Shown piece by piece: positions 41,520-54,547 of a stretch of 64,000 bases of DNA. Within the stretch, counting starts at the first letter, position 1, and the number at the start of each line of letters is the position of its first letter. Origin of the DNA: Eledone cirrhosa (Eukaryota); the NCBI GenBank assembly GCA_964016885.1, contig OZ024740.1, forward strand, positions 395,064,001-395,128,000. The letters run 5' to 3'. Position numbers and translations under genes: made by a program. A model generated the notes under the pieces. That model ran no database searches, had not been told where the DNA came from, and was given only the letters and a program-made list of their open reading frames with translations.

Positions 41520-42767
41520 ATATATACACAATATATACACAATATATATATATGTATGTCTAAACCCATGCTAGGTGGAAGGTAGACGTTAAACATTGAT
41601 GATGATGATGATGGATGAATGTATGTGTAAAACTCAAATGTAGAAAGGTAAGTAAAATTCAGAGTAAATATATATATATATACAAATATATCTTTTCCTT
41701 TTTCACCCACTTAATCCAGGGAGGGTCATGGGAGAAGAGCCCTCAAACACTCCTTCCAGCAAGTCCTGTCAGAAGGAACCATTTCTTTCAGCATCGTTAA
41801 CATCAAGTGGCAATGCTACCTCCATCCACCCAAGAAGGGATACTCTGTGCTGTTGTTTAATCTAGATATAGCAGCCAAATCCCCTTCAAATCATACCTTA
41901 CTGTCAGTAAAAATTAGTACATGTTAGAAAGTATAGTTTAGATACTCCTAAAAAGCAGAATAGACATGGCTGGTATTAAGGCTGACCTGGGCTAAACCTT
42001 TCATTAGCTTGAGCCAATAAGTTGTAGCAAAATATCATTCAGGTGGGCTCCCTTTGTTCTCAGAATGCTAAGCTGTGAGTTTGATTACTTTATTCCTCTG
42101 ATTTCTCAGAAATAACTCTATCATTTCATCTTTCACTGCTGTAACTCATGCACTAACATCATCTCAACTTTTAATACTTGACACAATAAACACAGTATAC
42201 GTAGGTTCATAGGACTATATCTAACAAAGTTTACCACATCTACAACGTCCTTAAGAACAAATTTGAATGATGGAGGCTGTCTTCAAACATAATACATAAT
42301 CATACAGAGCATGTTCTTGACAACTGAAATTACATTTGACACTATTACTAAGGAACCAGATCGACCATTCAAGTTGTGCAGCTAACAAGAAAAAAAACTT
42401 AATTTTTTTGCAAAGAAATGAGATACAACTTCATATATGTCTTCTTTTTTCATTGTACTTTCCAAGTATTTACATAAAAGAAACGTATTCTTCTTTGAAA
42501 TCTAGGAACTTAATGTATCTTATGCAGCTGGCGATAGTCAATTTGATCATCTCCAGTACTTTGTTGGTAGTTATATAATCGTTTGTGGAAGGAAGAACTT
42601 ACAAAGATTGACCATAATAGGATTTAGACTCAAATTATAATTGTGTTACTCATGTACCCATTTTTAATATAAGAAGAAAATATATTTGATTTAATTGATA
42701 CTAAGTAGTTTGATTGACTCCAAAGTGATAAATAGTAAAGTCACCTGCAGTAAAATTTAAGCTCATA

Positions 42768-43570
42768 ATGTACTAACCTTGCACAACTACAAACTGGCCA
42801 CTCCAATCTTCTAATCTTTCTTCCAGAACAAACTCAGGCCACAGACTACTGACCTTGTAAAGTTAAGAATTCAAGTAACTTCATTCTATTACTAACTCTG
42901 TAAGTTTATAAATTCAGACAGACCTCTCAAATTTACAGACTCTGTAACATTACAAATTCAGGCCTTTCCAATTTACTGGTCTTGCATAACTACAAATTAT
43001 GGCCATTCCAGTCGTCTGGCCCTTGTTCATCATCATCATCATCATTTCATTTTACGTCCGCTTTTTCCCTGCTTGCAAGGGTGGGACGGGAACTGATTCT
43101 GGCTTGATTTCTACAGTTGGATGCCCTTCCTAACACCAACCTCATTTACAGTGAGTGCTGGGTGCTTTTTTGCCGTGGCACCTCCACGACCACTTTGCAG
43201 TGGAATGATAGGGACCCCAGTCCCTATCATCTCATTTCTACAGCTGAGTAAACTGGAGCAATGTGAAATAAAGTGTCTTGCTCAAAATCAAGTCACATCA
43301 ATCAAGTCACATCAAGTCACATCAATCTACTGACCTTAGAAGGCTACAAACCGTGGTCACTGCAATATACAGTTCCTGGAAAACTATAAATCGAAGCAAC
43401 TCCAATCTTCTGAGCTTGTAAACTTATAAACTCAGTGTACTCCAACTTTTTGATTGATGTGTGACAAGAAATCTTGGTCACTTCACTCTACTGGCTCATG
43501 TGTGACTATAGATTCAGCTTACCCAGTAACCTTATAATGTTACAAATTAAAGCTATTTCAATCTACAGGA
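42768..43570. repeat. Old degenerate ~40-bp minisatellite interrupted by a SINE
   Basis: Recurring unit like ACTCCAATCTACTGACCTTGTAAAACTACAAATTCAGGCC, with 40-bp spacing on both sides of the SINE. Confidence 0.6.
43028..43285 (-). mobile_element. SINE family B, 5'-truncated
   Basis: Tail and core match 39643-39976; the head is missing. Confidence 0.9.
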
Positions 43571-44838
43571 ACTTGAGGAAAATGAACTACAGGAAAATGA
43601 GAAATTCAGACTATAAGGAAAATAAATAAACGAAAAACTGTATTAAAATAAGACATTTATAAGGCAAGTGTCTGCTTGTGTCAGGTTGGAGGAGAGTTGT
43701 ATAAGATTGTTCAATAATATCTCTTGGTGCAGCTGTGAGTTATATCAATGACAGTTACAGACAACAGACTTTCAAAGATTTCTGAAGTCTTCATAAGGAT
43801 GAAAACGGCTTCTATTGATTTTCATTTCAAGATGAAACTTTAATAAAACGTGTGTGTTTGAATGAGTGTGTGTTTATATATATATATATATTTGTATGTG
43901 TGTGTATACATACATACATACATACATACATACAAAGAGGGAAAGAAAGAGAGAGAGATTAATAGTAAATAGAAAAAAGAAGATAGAAGAAAAGGAACCA
44001 GAAGAGAACTGAGAGGAAAGCTAAAAAAAATGAAGGATCAGAGGAAAATGAATAAAAGAAGCAGGGGAAAAGGGAAAAGAGACAAAATGATTAAAAATAA
44101 GAGAGAACAAAAAGTGAAAATGACACAAAACAGAAAAAAAAGTTGATGTAATAATCTTTGGTGAAAATGTTCAAAGAAGAGCAATTATTTCCAAGGTCAG
44201 CAAAAAGTAAATAAGCAAATAGCCCAAAGAGAAGGTAGATTTGTAATTAAAACTGACTAAGCAAATGTTTGGAGTTACCATTATACATGCTGCTTATTTT
44301 AGCAAAATATCAGAAGAGCAAGGAAATTTTTATTAAAAGGATGGGAATATATAAATAACAGCAAATCAAATTGAAAAGTGATCTGTGTGTCTATACATAT
44401 GTATTTTATGTGTGTGTTCATGCATACACACACATATATATATATATCATCATCATCATCATCACTGTTTAACATCCATTTTTCTATGCTAGCATGAGTT
44501 GTCCTGTTGTGAGATAGGCCAAGTCAGATGACCAAGTCTTGCTCATATAGAACTGATTTTGGTTTGGTTCTATGGCTGGATGCCCTTCTTAACAACGCCA
44601 ACCACATTCACAATGTGTATTGGGTGCTTTTGTTGCGACACAACATGACCACTTTACAATGTGTGCTGGGGATATATATATATATATACTGGCCAATCTG
44701 CTGATATGCAAATCTGGCTGATCAGTGGATGTGCTTATATGCAGATCTGACTAATCAGCTAATCTGCTAATATGCAAATCAGGCTGATCAGTCACTGTAT
44801 ATTTTAGAAAATATCATATATTTTCACTAGCTCTGACA

Positions 44839-44920
44839 GTTGGCAGGTGAACAGTGAACTGTACTGATGAAGGGTTATACCCAGAAACATTAGTGTCTGC
44901 AGTTCTGTTTACAAGCCAAC
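44839..44920 (+). ncRNA. Type I hammerhead ribozyme with extended stem I
   Basis: GAACTGTA-CTGATGA-a-GGGT-tat-ACCC-a-GAAA-CA-ttag-TG-TC^-TGCAGTTC. Stem I extends through GTGAACAG/CTGTTTAC and GTTGGC/GCCAAC; GUC cut after 44897. Confidence 0.85.
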
Positions 44921-45235
44921 ACAAGAGCAAGAATGAGGGGCCATTCTACTGTCATGGCTTTTAAAATGAGGCTTGTTTGCATAATTGCAAATGAATCGAA
45001 TATTATTATTAATATTCGAAAAACTCAGATTACATTTATTATATATATATATATCCCCATTATCATTTTATGTCTGCTTTTCATGAAAGCATGGGTTGGA
45101 TGAGATTGTTTTTTCTATGCTCGGAAACCCTTTTTGATGGCAATCTATACATTATAAGTATGGCATACAATGCTTATCTTTGACAAACTGCTATATTGTT
45201 TTTGTGAGACAAACAAATGTTACTGCTTGCTTTAA

Positions 45236-45357
45236 CCCTTTAGTATTTACATTACTCTATATATACTATTGTATTTTCATGATAAAGGTTTTACTTCACA
45301 TAATTATCTCACATAATAGCGAATCTATGAAATTTTTATATTATTTATTTTGAGAAC
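45236..45357. mobile_element. piggyBac-type MITE, truncated
   Basis: TTAA plus left TIR and internal similarity to 6592-6715. Confidence 0.75.
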
Positions 45358-46224
45358 AAAGCTTACAGACAAATCAACATTCTCAATACTTCAGAAAATA
45401 GAATGTGCAATATACTTTATTCATATCCTTGTTTTACAAAATTATTTCTGTTTTGATTGACACGGGGCCTGATCACAGACTGGAGAAACAATTTATTCTA
45501 AGTATGAAATTGGAGATGTGTTTGTGTGTTCAGTAAGGTTAGTCAAATACATACCTTGAATGCATAGATGTCTTAGTGTTGCTGTAGTTGTATGTCCCTT
45601 TAGAGATAGACACATACATATTCAGATTTGACTTCTAATACTTTTAAATTGGTCTATGTATGGCTCAAATTTATTTTCATATAGGTTTTGTTTCATCAAG
45701 CCTGTATCAGAGTTAGCCAAACAAGTGGGGATTGGGCATCCATATTTCAGATACCTTTGTTAAAGTTATCTGTGGATTCTCATTGGTGGCTATACATAAT
45801 GATTTATACTTTAAACACAAAGCTATTAACTTTGTAGGCAGGGAGTCAGTTAAATTAACCAGTACTTGACTGGTACTTTATTTTATTGACTCCGAAAAGA
45901 TGAAAGGCAAAGTTGACCATGGTGGGATTTAAACTCAAAATGTAAAGAATCATAACTAAATGCCTTAAAGCCTGTCATCCAATAATCTAATGATTTTGCC
46001 AATCCACCACCCTTTGGTGGTTATACATAACATGGTTCAAATACAGCGGAGAGTTAGCTGAAGTGTCATCTGTCACATGTTTTCTTTTAATTTGTGTGCA
46101 TATAAGTTATTTTCAGGGCATGTAAGTACATTCATTCTGACAAAGTGACATTTCAATTTTCAAGAAATAACTAAATGACCAAGAATAAAAGATTGTATTA
46201 TCTAATATACCATTTTACAGGCTT

Positions 46225-47030
46225 TTTGTACTCAAAGAGCTAGTAGCAGAATCTTCTCGGTGATACTGCTAATCCAATTTCTGTGGGAATTGTAGGGAGT
46301 GGTAGGACTAATAGCAGTTCTATATTCATGAAAAGTGGTTAAATGACCAGATAGAAAGATATAATGGTAGTATCTGAAAAACCATACTACTGACTCTCCA
46401 AGGTGATTTACTGATGTCATCAGACAGTAACTGTTTAACTTCTGATTCTATAAAACTTGTGTTGCTTCACTTTTAAAGCTATAGACTTCATGTTAGGGTG
46501 ACAGATTATCAAATAGCACTGAGTGAGGGACTTTCATCATTGCATATGGTAAAAAGATGGTCAAACATCTCTGAATTGGATATCTATATTGGAATATTGG
46601 TTTATAATATCTTCTATGATTATAACATCTGAGCATAAATCCTGGAGGGATATAAGTCATGCTTTGTGATATTTGTGAGAGCTGAGGGTAATATTGATTA
46701 TAACAGGACAATAAGAGACAAGTGATGGATAGAAGCCATTGACATACTCCTATTAATGGTTGTGAGCTTCCATTTGTGTTACATGTATGGGATTTACAAA
46801 GCTTAGCTTACTGCCAGTATCAAGAAAGACATCTAATATTTAATTTCAGCCTGTACTACATTTCTTGATAGCTGATGGTTGCAAAAAAAGAAAGCTTTAG
46901 CTGATGTGGGTTTCTGGCTAGTCCTACAAATTTTGGCTCAGTGTCCTATCATGTTACATCTTGCCACTTTAATGAGGCATTTCTATAGAGGACCTGTGAG
47001 GCTGCAAAAGAACCATATAAGCTCTAAAAT
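46225..47030 (-). mobile_element. Ty3/Gypsy LTR-retrotransposon relic (gag knuckle, protease, RT start, integrase piece)
   Basis: Manual translation of the minus strand: FFCS...RCNMIGH*AKICR, FLDTGSKLSFV, LCSDVIIIEDII, LFDNLSP, FIESEVKQLLSDDI-SKSPWR, TTPYNSH...LLLAL. Confidence 0.75.
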
Positions 47031-47799
47031 AGTCTTTATTATAGAATATGAGTCTTTCATCTCTGCTATATAATGTATTATAGGTACAGTCATGGCTGTG
47101 TAGTCAAAAAATTCATTTTGCAACCACATGGTTTTGAAATTTATCCCACTGCATGATATCTACTATTGACACAAGGCTCAGATGAAATTACTTTTGAATT
47201 ACTTCAATATCTAGTAATAATTCTATAAAAACTTTAAATTGACTTTTACCTATACAGAAACCATGCTAAGTATCATTTAGAAATTTATATTTCTTTATAA
47301 ACTTTTATGGTTTCTTCCTCATACTTCATTCCATGACTTTTTCATGTCTAAAGTAGAAGAGATAGGCCTGTAATTCCATATATCTGCTCTGCTTCCTCCT
47401 TCTAGATTGAATATATTCACTCTTTCTATTGAAGTAGTAAAAATGTAGCTGAAGTTGTTTAACTAGAGCTGATATCGTAAGGAAACCATCAAAGCATACT
47501 CATGAATTCAGAATCATTTTATTTGTGGCAGATATTGCATCTTTTATATCAATGTAATAGATGGTTTCTACACCAATATGCAAAGCTGCCATGTTGACGA
47601 ACTCATCTGTCTCCTCTATTTACATATATAGTAACAAGATAGTGAAATCACTGTTTAATTGCCAATAAGGGAACATCTCCCTAAATGCTTAATCTGCTTT
47701 TAAAAGCAAATTTCTCTCAAAACTTATATTTCACAAAAGAAAAGGACACATTAAGTTATATAGTTCAGAATAAAATACAGGATAATCTAGCTGGTAGTT

Positions 47800-48200
47800 A
47801 ATTTGACCATCTGATGGTTAATTTCTGTAGAGAAAAGATATATGGTGAGGGTCTTTCAACTAGTGGTTTGTGTAAACTGTTCAGAGCAGAATCTTGAATG
47901 GGAGAAACATGGTAGGTGTGATGGTCTTCTTTTGAATGTGCTAAAGAATGTTTTTATGTGTGGTTATGTAGCAGTAGCCCTGCTCTAGATACGCAAGCAA
48001 TATTCCAATGTGGCTCTTATTTAAATGTTATAGAGGGTGTGCAGATGGGAAGGACCAAAGACTTGGATATAAATTTAGCAATATGTGAGATCATAAAAAA
48101 TGGTAAAACCTAGCAGGACATTAATTACATGCTGTTCATATGTAGGGAATATATAGTAGAAAAATATTTTCTTGATATGGAATTATCAATAAACTTCAGT
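47800..48200 (-). mobile_element. Possible CR1/L2-type LINE relic
   Basis: Minus strand LYNI*IRATLEYC resembles the CR1 LY...RP.LEYC motif; very degenerate. Confidence 0.35.
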
Positions 48201-48855
48201 TATTTATATTAGCTTACTTCCATGAAAACTATCATGCATTTTTTTATGTAGCTATGAGCTGTTCTTCTCTCAGTTTCATACACAAGATAGTCATCTGAAA
48301 TCAAATATGGATCAATGGTCCTAAAACTAGACAGTTTGTGCTATTAAGAACTTAGAGTATAAACGCATGATCTTCTACAATAAAATTAGATATTGTTATT
48401 AATGCCTAACATGTTGTACCATGTGAAAGCATATTAGCAAGACATTCTTAAAAAGTACAAAACTACACTTTGACTGCATCACATTAAAAATTTAAAGGTT
48501 TTACTTAAGTTTCCCAACAAATTTTCACAGCTATCTTTCCATCAGTAATGATATTATAAGCATTTGAATTAACAAACTCATTTTTAAACATTTTCTACTA
48601 AACCATTACTAAGAGTTAAACATATATATGTGTATCATCATCATATGTTCATATTCTATGCTAGCATAAATTGGATGGGTTGTTACAGTACAAGAGTTCG
48701 TATTTAGAGAGTAAATATGCACTCACACATATTTCATTATATTGAATTTTACTGATTCTGATTTTATGCTGTTTGGTGAGGTTATTAGAATGATTTATAT
48801 GAATTTATGGAAAATAAATTAATACTTAATGAGCCATCAAAAATGTTTCTCTTAA

Positions 48856-49060
48856 CCCTTTAGCATTTAACCAGCCGAATCTGGCCAGAATTCTCTGTTC
48901 AAACCGGCAGTAACCAGCTGCTCATACTGATGTTAAGGTATTCTTAAAATAAATAATATCAAAATCTCATAGATTCGATATTATATGAGATATTATGTGG
49001 GATAAAGCCTTCACCACAAAAATATAATAGTATATATAGAGTAATGTAAATGCTAAAGGG
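48856..49060. mobile_element. piggyBac-type MITE, opposite orientation to 6592-6809
   Basis: TTAA flanks, the same TIRs, and an internal reverse-complement match. Confidence 0.85.
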
Positions 49061-49865
49061 TTAAATCACATCACACCATTTTTAAAGAGAATGAGTCACT
49101 GAATATTGTAATCTGAAGTGAATTATGTTTGAAAGAGAGGTTGGCCAAGGCTTGAATCTATTTGATCATAGGAGTGCTTGATCAAAACTGACCAGAGCAT
49201 AAACAACAATAACCACATAATTGGAGAGTCATAGGTAGAAAACACTCACTACATATGTTAATTGGTGATTGAAGAAGGAAAGGAGAAATTAAGAAAGGAT
49301 AAAATGAGGAAAGGATAGAATGAAAGGAAAAGGCTGGAAAGAGAAAGTGGAAATATGAAAGAACAAAAAAAAGTAAGTAGAAAGGAAAAAGAAAAGGAAA
49401 GAAGAAAGTGAAGTCAGGAAAGAAAAAATGAAAGAAAGTTATAAAGACAGAAAAGAAGAAATGAAAATGAAAAAAGGAAAAAAGAATTTGGAGGAAAACA
49501 ATAAGAAATGGAAGTGAAGCAAAGGAAGAAGACTTAAAGAATGAAGGAAAGAAAGGAAGAAAGATCGAATGAAATAAATAAATGAAAGAAAGATTGAAAG
49601 AAAGAAATATGAAAAAGAAATAAATGAAAGAAAGAGAGCAATTCAAAAATCCAATGTGACAGGAATAGACATTTATTCCATATGAGATGTTTTATGAAAG
49701 AGTGAGATTTACAGTTTTATTCCTTTTTTGTATTGAGGAAGAACTTGTTATTAAAATGGTCAACAATTCACCACTCTCTCTCTCTTTCTCTCACTAAGTA
49801 CCCATATCACAGACAATATGTCTAGAGGGGCTGGGACACACAGACATTGGATAAAATAAGTACAT

Positions 49866-50540
49866 TAATGATGATGATGATGATGATAGTGGTGGTGGTT
49901 TGAGGGGTGATGGTTGGAAGGTGAGGGGGTAATGATGGATGGTGGTGGAGGGGTGATGGTGATGATACTGGTGGTGGGTGGAAGGATGATGATGATGGTG
50001 ATGATGATGGTGGTGGTTAGAGTGGTGATGGTGGTGGTGGTGGGTGGAGGGGTGATGATGGTGGTGGTTAGAGTGGTGATGGTGGTGGTGGGTGGAGGGG
50101 TGATGATGATGATAGTGATGGTGGTTGTGGGTGGATGAGTGATGATGATGGTGGTGGTGGTGATGGTTGCAGTTGTGGTGGTGGTGATGGTGGCTGCAGT
50201 TGTGGTGGTGGCGGTACTGGTGGTGGTGGTTGCAGTTGTGGTGGTGGTGGTGGTGGTACTGGTGGTGGTGGTGGCAGTTGTGGTGGTGGTACTGGTGGTG
50301 GTGGTACTGGTGGTGGTGGTTGCAGTTGTGGTGGTAGTGGTGGTACTGGTGGTGGTGGTTGCAGTTGTGGTGGTGGTGGTGGTACTGGTGGTGGTGGTTG
50401 CAGTTGTGGCAGTAGTGGTGGTACTGGTGGTGGTGGTGGTTGCAGTTGTGGTAGTGGTGGTGGTACTGGTGGTGGTGGTTGCCGTTGTGGTGGTACTGGT
50501 GGTGGTGGTTGCAGTTGTGGTGGTGGTGGTGGTGGTGATA
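49866..50540. repeat. (GGT/GAT)n-based compound microsatellite
   Basis: GGT runs punctuated by TGCAGTTGT and TACT; explains the poly-T/V/G ORFs. Confidence 0.9.
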
Positions 50541-50842
50541 AAGTAATTGTTGCTGATGATGTTGATAGGGATCATCATCATCATCATCATCATCCTCATT
50601 TAATGTCTATCTACCACACAAGCATGGGTAGGTAAAAGTGTAGCAGCCGTAGTAGTAATAGTAGTGGTGGTGGTGGTAGTAGTAGTGGTAGTGGTAGTAG
50701 TAGTGGTTGGGGTGATGGTGGCAATTGAGCTGAAAGTAATTGTTGCAGTTGGTGGTGATGATGATGGTCTTAGATATAGAACATTGGTGGTAGTAGTAAT
50801 AGTTGTTGTTGTTATTGTAATACTAGTAAATAGTGATTATTG

Positions 50843-50997
50843 GTATTTGCAGCAAAGAGTTACGGCCCTTTATGATCTGAGTTCAAATCCCGCCGAGGTT
50901 AACTTTGCCTTTCATCCTTACAGGGTCGATAAAATAAAGTACCAGTAATACACTGGGTTAATTGCTGGCCTGGTGCCAAAAGTAGAAACAATTATTA
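50843..50997 (+). mobile_element. SINE family A, 5'-truncated
   Basis: GAGTTCAAATCCCGCCGAGGTTAAC...AGTAGAAACAATTATT. Confidence 0.85.
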
Positions 50998-50999
50998 CT

Positions 51000-51450
51000 T
51001 TCTCCAGCCGTAACCTGGTGCAGTCTGCGACTAACCCAGGTTCTGCTGCATCAGGTCGCGCTGAGGAGGCCAAACTCTTCAAATACCGGTCACTCTCCCA
51101 GGTTTGCCATCGTACTCTTGGCAGTGGAGACTTCTGGTATCCTCGGCTCTAGGGCTACCTCTCTATTCACCACCTTAGGTGCTGAGCTGGCTACCTGTAG
51201 CAGTGGAGACTTCTGGTATCCTTGGCCCTAGGGCTACCTCTCTATTCACCACCTTAGGTGCTGAGCTGGCTACCTGTAGCAGTGGAGACTTCTGGTGTCC
51301 TTGGCCCTAGGGTTACCTCTCTATTCACCACCATAGGAACTGAGCTGGCCAGCCACAGGTGTGGGTCTCGCGAGCTGGAATGGCTCTTCCAGCGTACCTG
51401 CCTTGTCGTCCTCCGGGGAAACGCCTTCTCCATTCTGTCCACCATGTCAT
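51000..51450 (+). mobile_element. CRE-like non-LTR retrotransposon C-terminal (restriction-like endonuclease) fragment with a 79-bp triplication
   Basis: RAEEAKLFKY...PVAVETSGVLGPR...REL.WLFQR..LVVLRGNAFSIL. Repeat units start at 51121, 51200 and 51279; a related piece lies near 33830-33900. Confidence 0.7.
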
Positions 51451-51629
51451 TTTATCAGTCAGTAAACAATAGTACGCCAGTTTAGCTAGTAATTATTGGT
51501 ATTGGTGTGATGCTGGTAGTTAGTGGTGGCAACTACTGTTGTTCAGGGGAAGATGTAACATTGGTGGTAATAGAACTAAAATGTTTGGTTTTGTTGTATT
51601 TTGGTGATAATGGGGATACTAATAATGGC

Positions 51630-52815
51630 AGTGGTGGTGGAGGTGTAGTTAGTATGGTGGTGGTGGTGGAGGTGTAGTTAGTATGGTGGTGGTAGTGGTG
51701 GTGGAGGTGGTGTAATTAGTATGGTGGTGGTGGAGGTGTAGTTAGTATGGTGGTGGTGGTGGAGGTGTAGTTAGTATGGTGGTGGTAGTGGTGGTGGAGG
51801 TGGTGTAATTAGTATGGTGGTGGTGGAGGTGTAGTTAGTATGGTGGTGGTGGTGGAGGTGTAGTTAGTATGGTGGTGGTAGTGGTGGTGGAGGTGGTGTA
51901 ATTAGTATGGTGGTGGTGGAGGTGTAGTTAGTATGGTGGTGGTGGTGGAGGTGTAGTTAGTATGGTGGTGGTAGTGATGGTGGAGGTGGTGTAATTAGTA
52001 TGGTGGTGGTGGAGGTGTAGTTAGTATGGTGGTGGTGGTGGAGGTGTAGTTAGTATGGTGGTGGTAGTGGTGGTGGAGGTGGTGTAATTAGTATGGTGGT
52101 GGTGGAGGTGTAGTTAGTATGGTGGTGGTGGTGGAGGTGTAGTTAGTATGGTGGTGGTAGTGGTGGTGGAGGTGGTGTAATTAGTATGGTGGTGGTGGAG
52201 GTGTAGTTAGTATGGTGGTGGTGGTGGAGGTGTAGTTAGTATGGTGGTGGTAGTGGTGGTGGAGGTGGTGTAATTAGTATGGTGGTGGTGGAGGTGTAGT
52301 TAGTATGGTGGTGGTGGTGGAGGTGTAGTTAGTATGGTGGTGGTAGTGATGGTGGAGGTGGTGTAATTAGTATGGTGGTGGTGGAGGTGTAGTTAGTATG
52401 GTGGTGGTGGTGGAGGTGTAGTTAGTATGGTGGTGGTAGTGGTGGTGGAGGTGGTGTAATTAGTATGGTGGTGGTGGAGGTGTAGTTAGTATGGTGGTGG
52501 TGGTGGTGGAGTTAGTGTGGTGGTGGTTGTGGTGGAGTTGTAGTTATTATGGTGGTGGTGGTGGTGGTGGTGGTGGAGGTGGTGTAAGTGTGGTGGTGGT
52601 GTAGTTAGTATGTTGGTGGTGGTGGAGGTGTAGTTAGTATGGTGGTTGGGGTAGAGGTGTAGTTAATATGGTGGTGGTTGTGGTGGAGGTGTAGTTAGTA
52701 TGGTGGTGGTTGTGGTGGTGGAGGCGGTGTAAGTATGGTGTAGTTAGTATGGTGGTGGAGGTGTAGTTAGTATGGTGGTGGAGGTGTAGTTAGTATGGTG
52801 GTGGAGGTGTAGTTA
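51630..52815. repeat. G-rich minisatellite with a 93-bp higher-order unit
   Basis: Sub-units of 26, 29 and 38 bp built on TATGGTGGTGGTGGAGGTGTAGTTAG cycle with a 93-bp period (e.g. 51721, 51814). Confidence 0.9.
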
Positions 52816-53596
52816 GTATAGTGGTGGAATGGTGATGATAGTGAAGATCATTGTGGTAATGAGACTGAGGGGTGCGAAGAAAGAGAAGAATGACAAAGAA
52901 GATGATTGTAGTGGTGATAATGGTGGCAAAGGTAAGTGTGGTAGAAGTGATGGGTGTTCATAATGATGATGTTGGTGGAGGCAGTGGCAGAGGTGGAGGA
53001 GGTACCAACAGTGGGTGAGGATGTCAGTAGTAGAGGCGGAGGTGATGAGAGTTTCTAGTTTGAGTTTGTCTCTCTTTCTCCTCCCTCTGTTCATTGCAGA
53101 CACTATGGTTACCTAGTGGTGTCTGAAAATAATGTCTGCAATTTCCTCTTCAATCAATTATTATGGTATCTGGGAGCACTTACTACTTTTTTTTTCTTTG
53201 TTCGTTTATTTTCCTCACCTTCAACATTATATCAACATCTTTAAAACTATACCCCACCCCACCTGGTTGCTTCCCTCCAATTTACCATTCACACAACCCT
53301 TCAACTTAGCTCACTCAGCTTTCTACTCTACTCTACTCACCCTCAGCTCCATAGCTCTCTGCACTCTTCAATTTTGCTTTGTCCATATATGTATGTATTT
53401 CTAAATATACATATATCATCATCTCATCATTATCTTCATTTAACGTCCATTTTCCACGCTAGCATGGGTTAGACGAGAGTTGTCCCGCTTGAGGCAAGGC
53501 TGGTCGTATATACGTATATATATATATACATATGTATATGTGTGTGTGTGTGTATGTGTGTGTATCTATCTACCCCTCTATATATATATATGTATC

Positions 53597-53629
<33 letters not shown>

Positions 53630-54249
53630 TCACATAATTATATATATGTATATGACTGCGTGTGTGTGTGGCAGTAAAAAGTGCTAATGGAGAGCACTCA
53701 ATGGAACCAGTTAATTGTGGGTTTTAGAAACATACACCAAATGTTGTGTACAATAAATTCTCAATTTATTAAAATGAGGTTCTCAGATGGAAATCAAAAA
53801 CCTAGTGGCAATGTTTAGCAACTTTAAAGCAGGATGCAAGATAATTTGAAGAATTAAGAATAAATTAATACGAGGTGATCTTTCTTTTGAAAGCAAAAGA
53901 CTTGTTTTGGTCTGAACTGTAACAGGAAAAGATATGTATTGGTCTGAACTTTGACCTAATCTTTATCGTAGTTCTCAGGGAGATTCAGCGTGACATAGTA
54001 TGTAACAAGACTGGCTCATTGAATTACAGGTACAATGTGAGATAAAGTACTTTGTTCATAGTCATAACATTTCACCAGGAATTAAACTTACAACCTTACA
54101 ATCATAAGCTTAAAACCCCTAACCACTAGGCCATGTGCCACATATATATATATGTGTGGCCACTGCCTTCGGTCATTTTTCTTGTAGTCACACTTTTTAA
54201 CTGTTGTCTTTACTCTGGATGATAATGTATTAACTTTGAGCTCCATTGA

Positions 54250-54547
54250 GCTGGATGCCCTTCCTAACACCAACCTCATTTACAGTGAGTGCTGGGTGCT
54301 TTTTTGTCATGACACCTACATGACCACTTTGCAGTGGGAGGAGTTGAGGGAATATTGTCTATATGCTTCGGCTTGTTCCCATGGTGAGTCGGGTTCTCTG
54401 TATTACTGCGTGACGCCAGAGGTCATGGTCCTGTGTCATCACCGTTGAGAGGTACAATTGGGCAAGGTCCCCTTTTATCACCTCGTCCCAGGTCTTCTTG
54501 GGTCTCCCCACTCCATGGCTTCCATCAACCTTTAGTGCTCTGCACCT
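54250..54547 (-). mobile_element. RTE 3' fragment with tail
   Basis: Minus strand GRPKKTWDE, plus the GTTAGGAAGGGCATCCAGC tail motif. Confidence 0.7.

Noticed and set aside
42768-43570. CRISPR-like periodicity (also considered for 51630-52815 and 62464-63622)
   Set aside because: No constant repeat with unique spacers, no cas genes, and a eukaryotic context.
49182-49646. 154-aa Phe-rich ORF
   Set aside because: Reverse strand of a GA-rich low-complexity tract.
49865-50635. Thr-rich 244-aa, Val-rich and Gly/Cys-rich ORFs resembling mucin or keratin-associated proteins
   Set aside because: Open in several frames because of (GGT)n; no unique domain or splice context.
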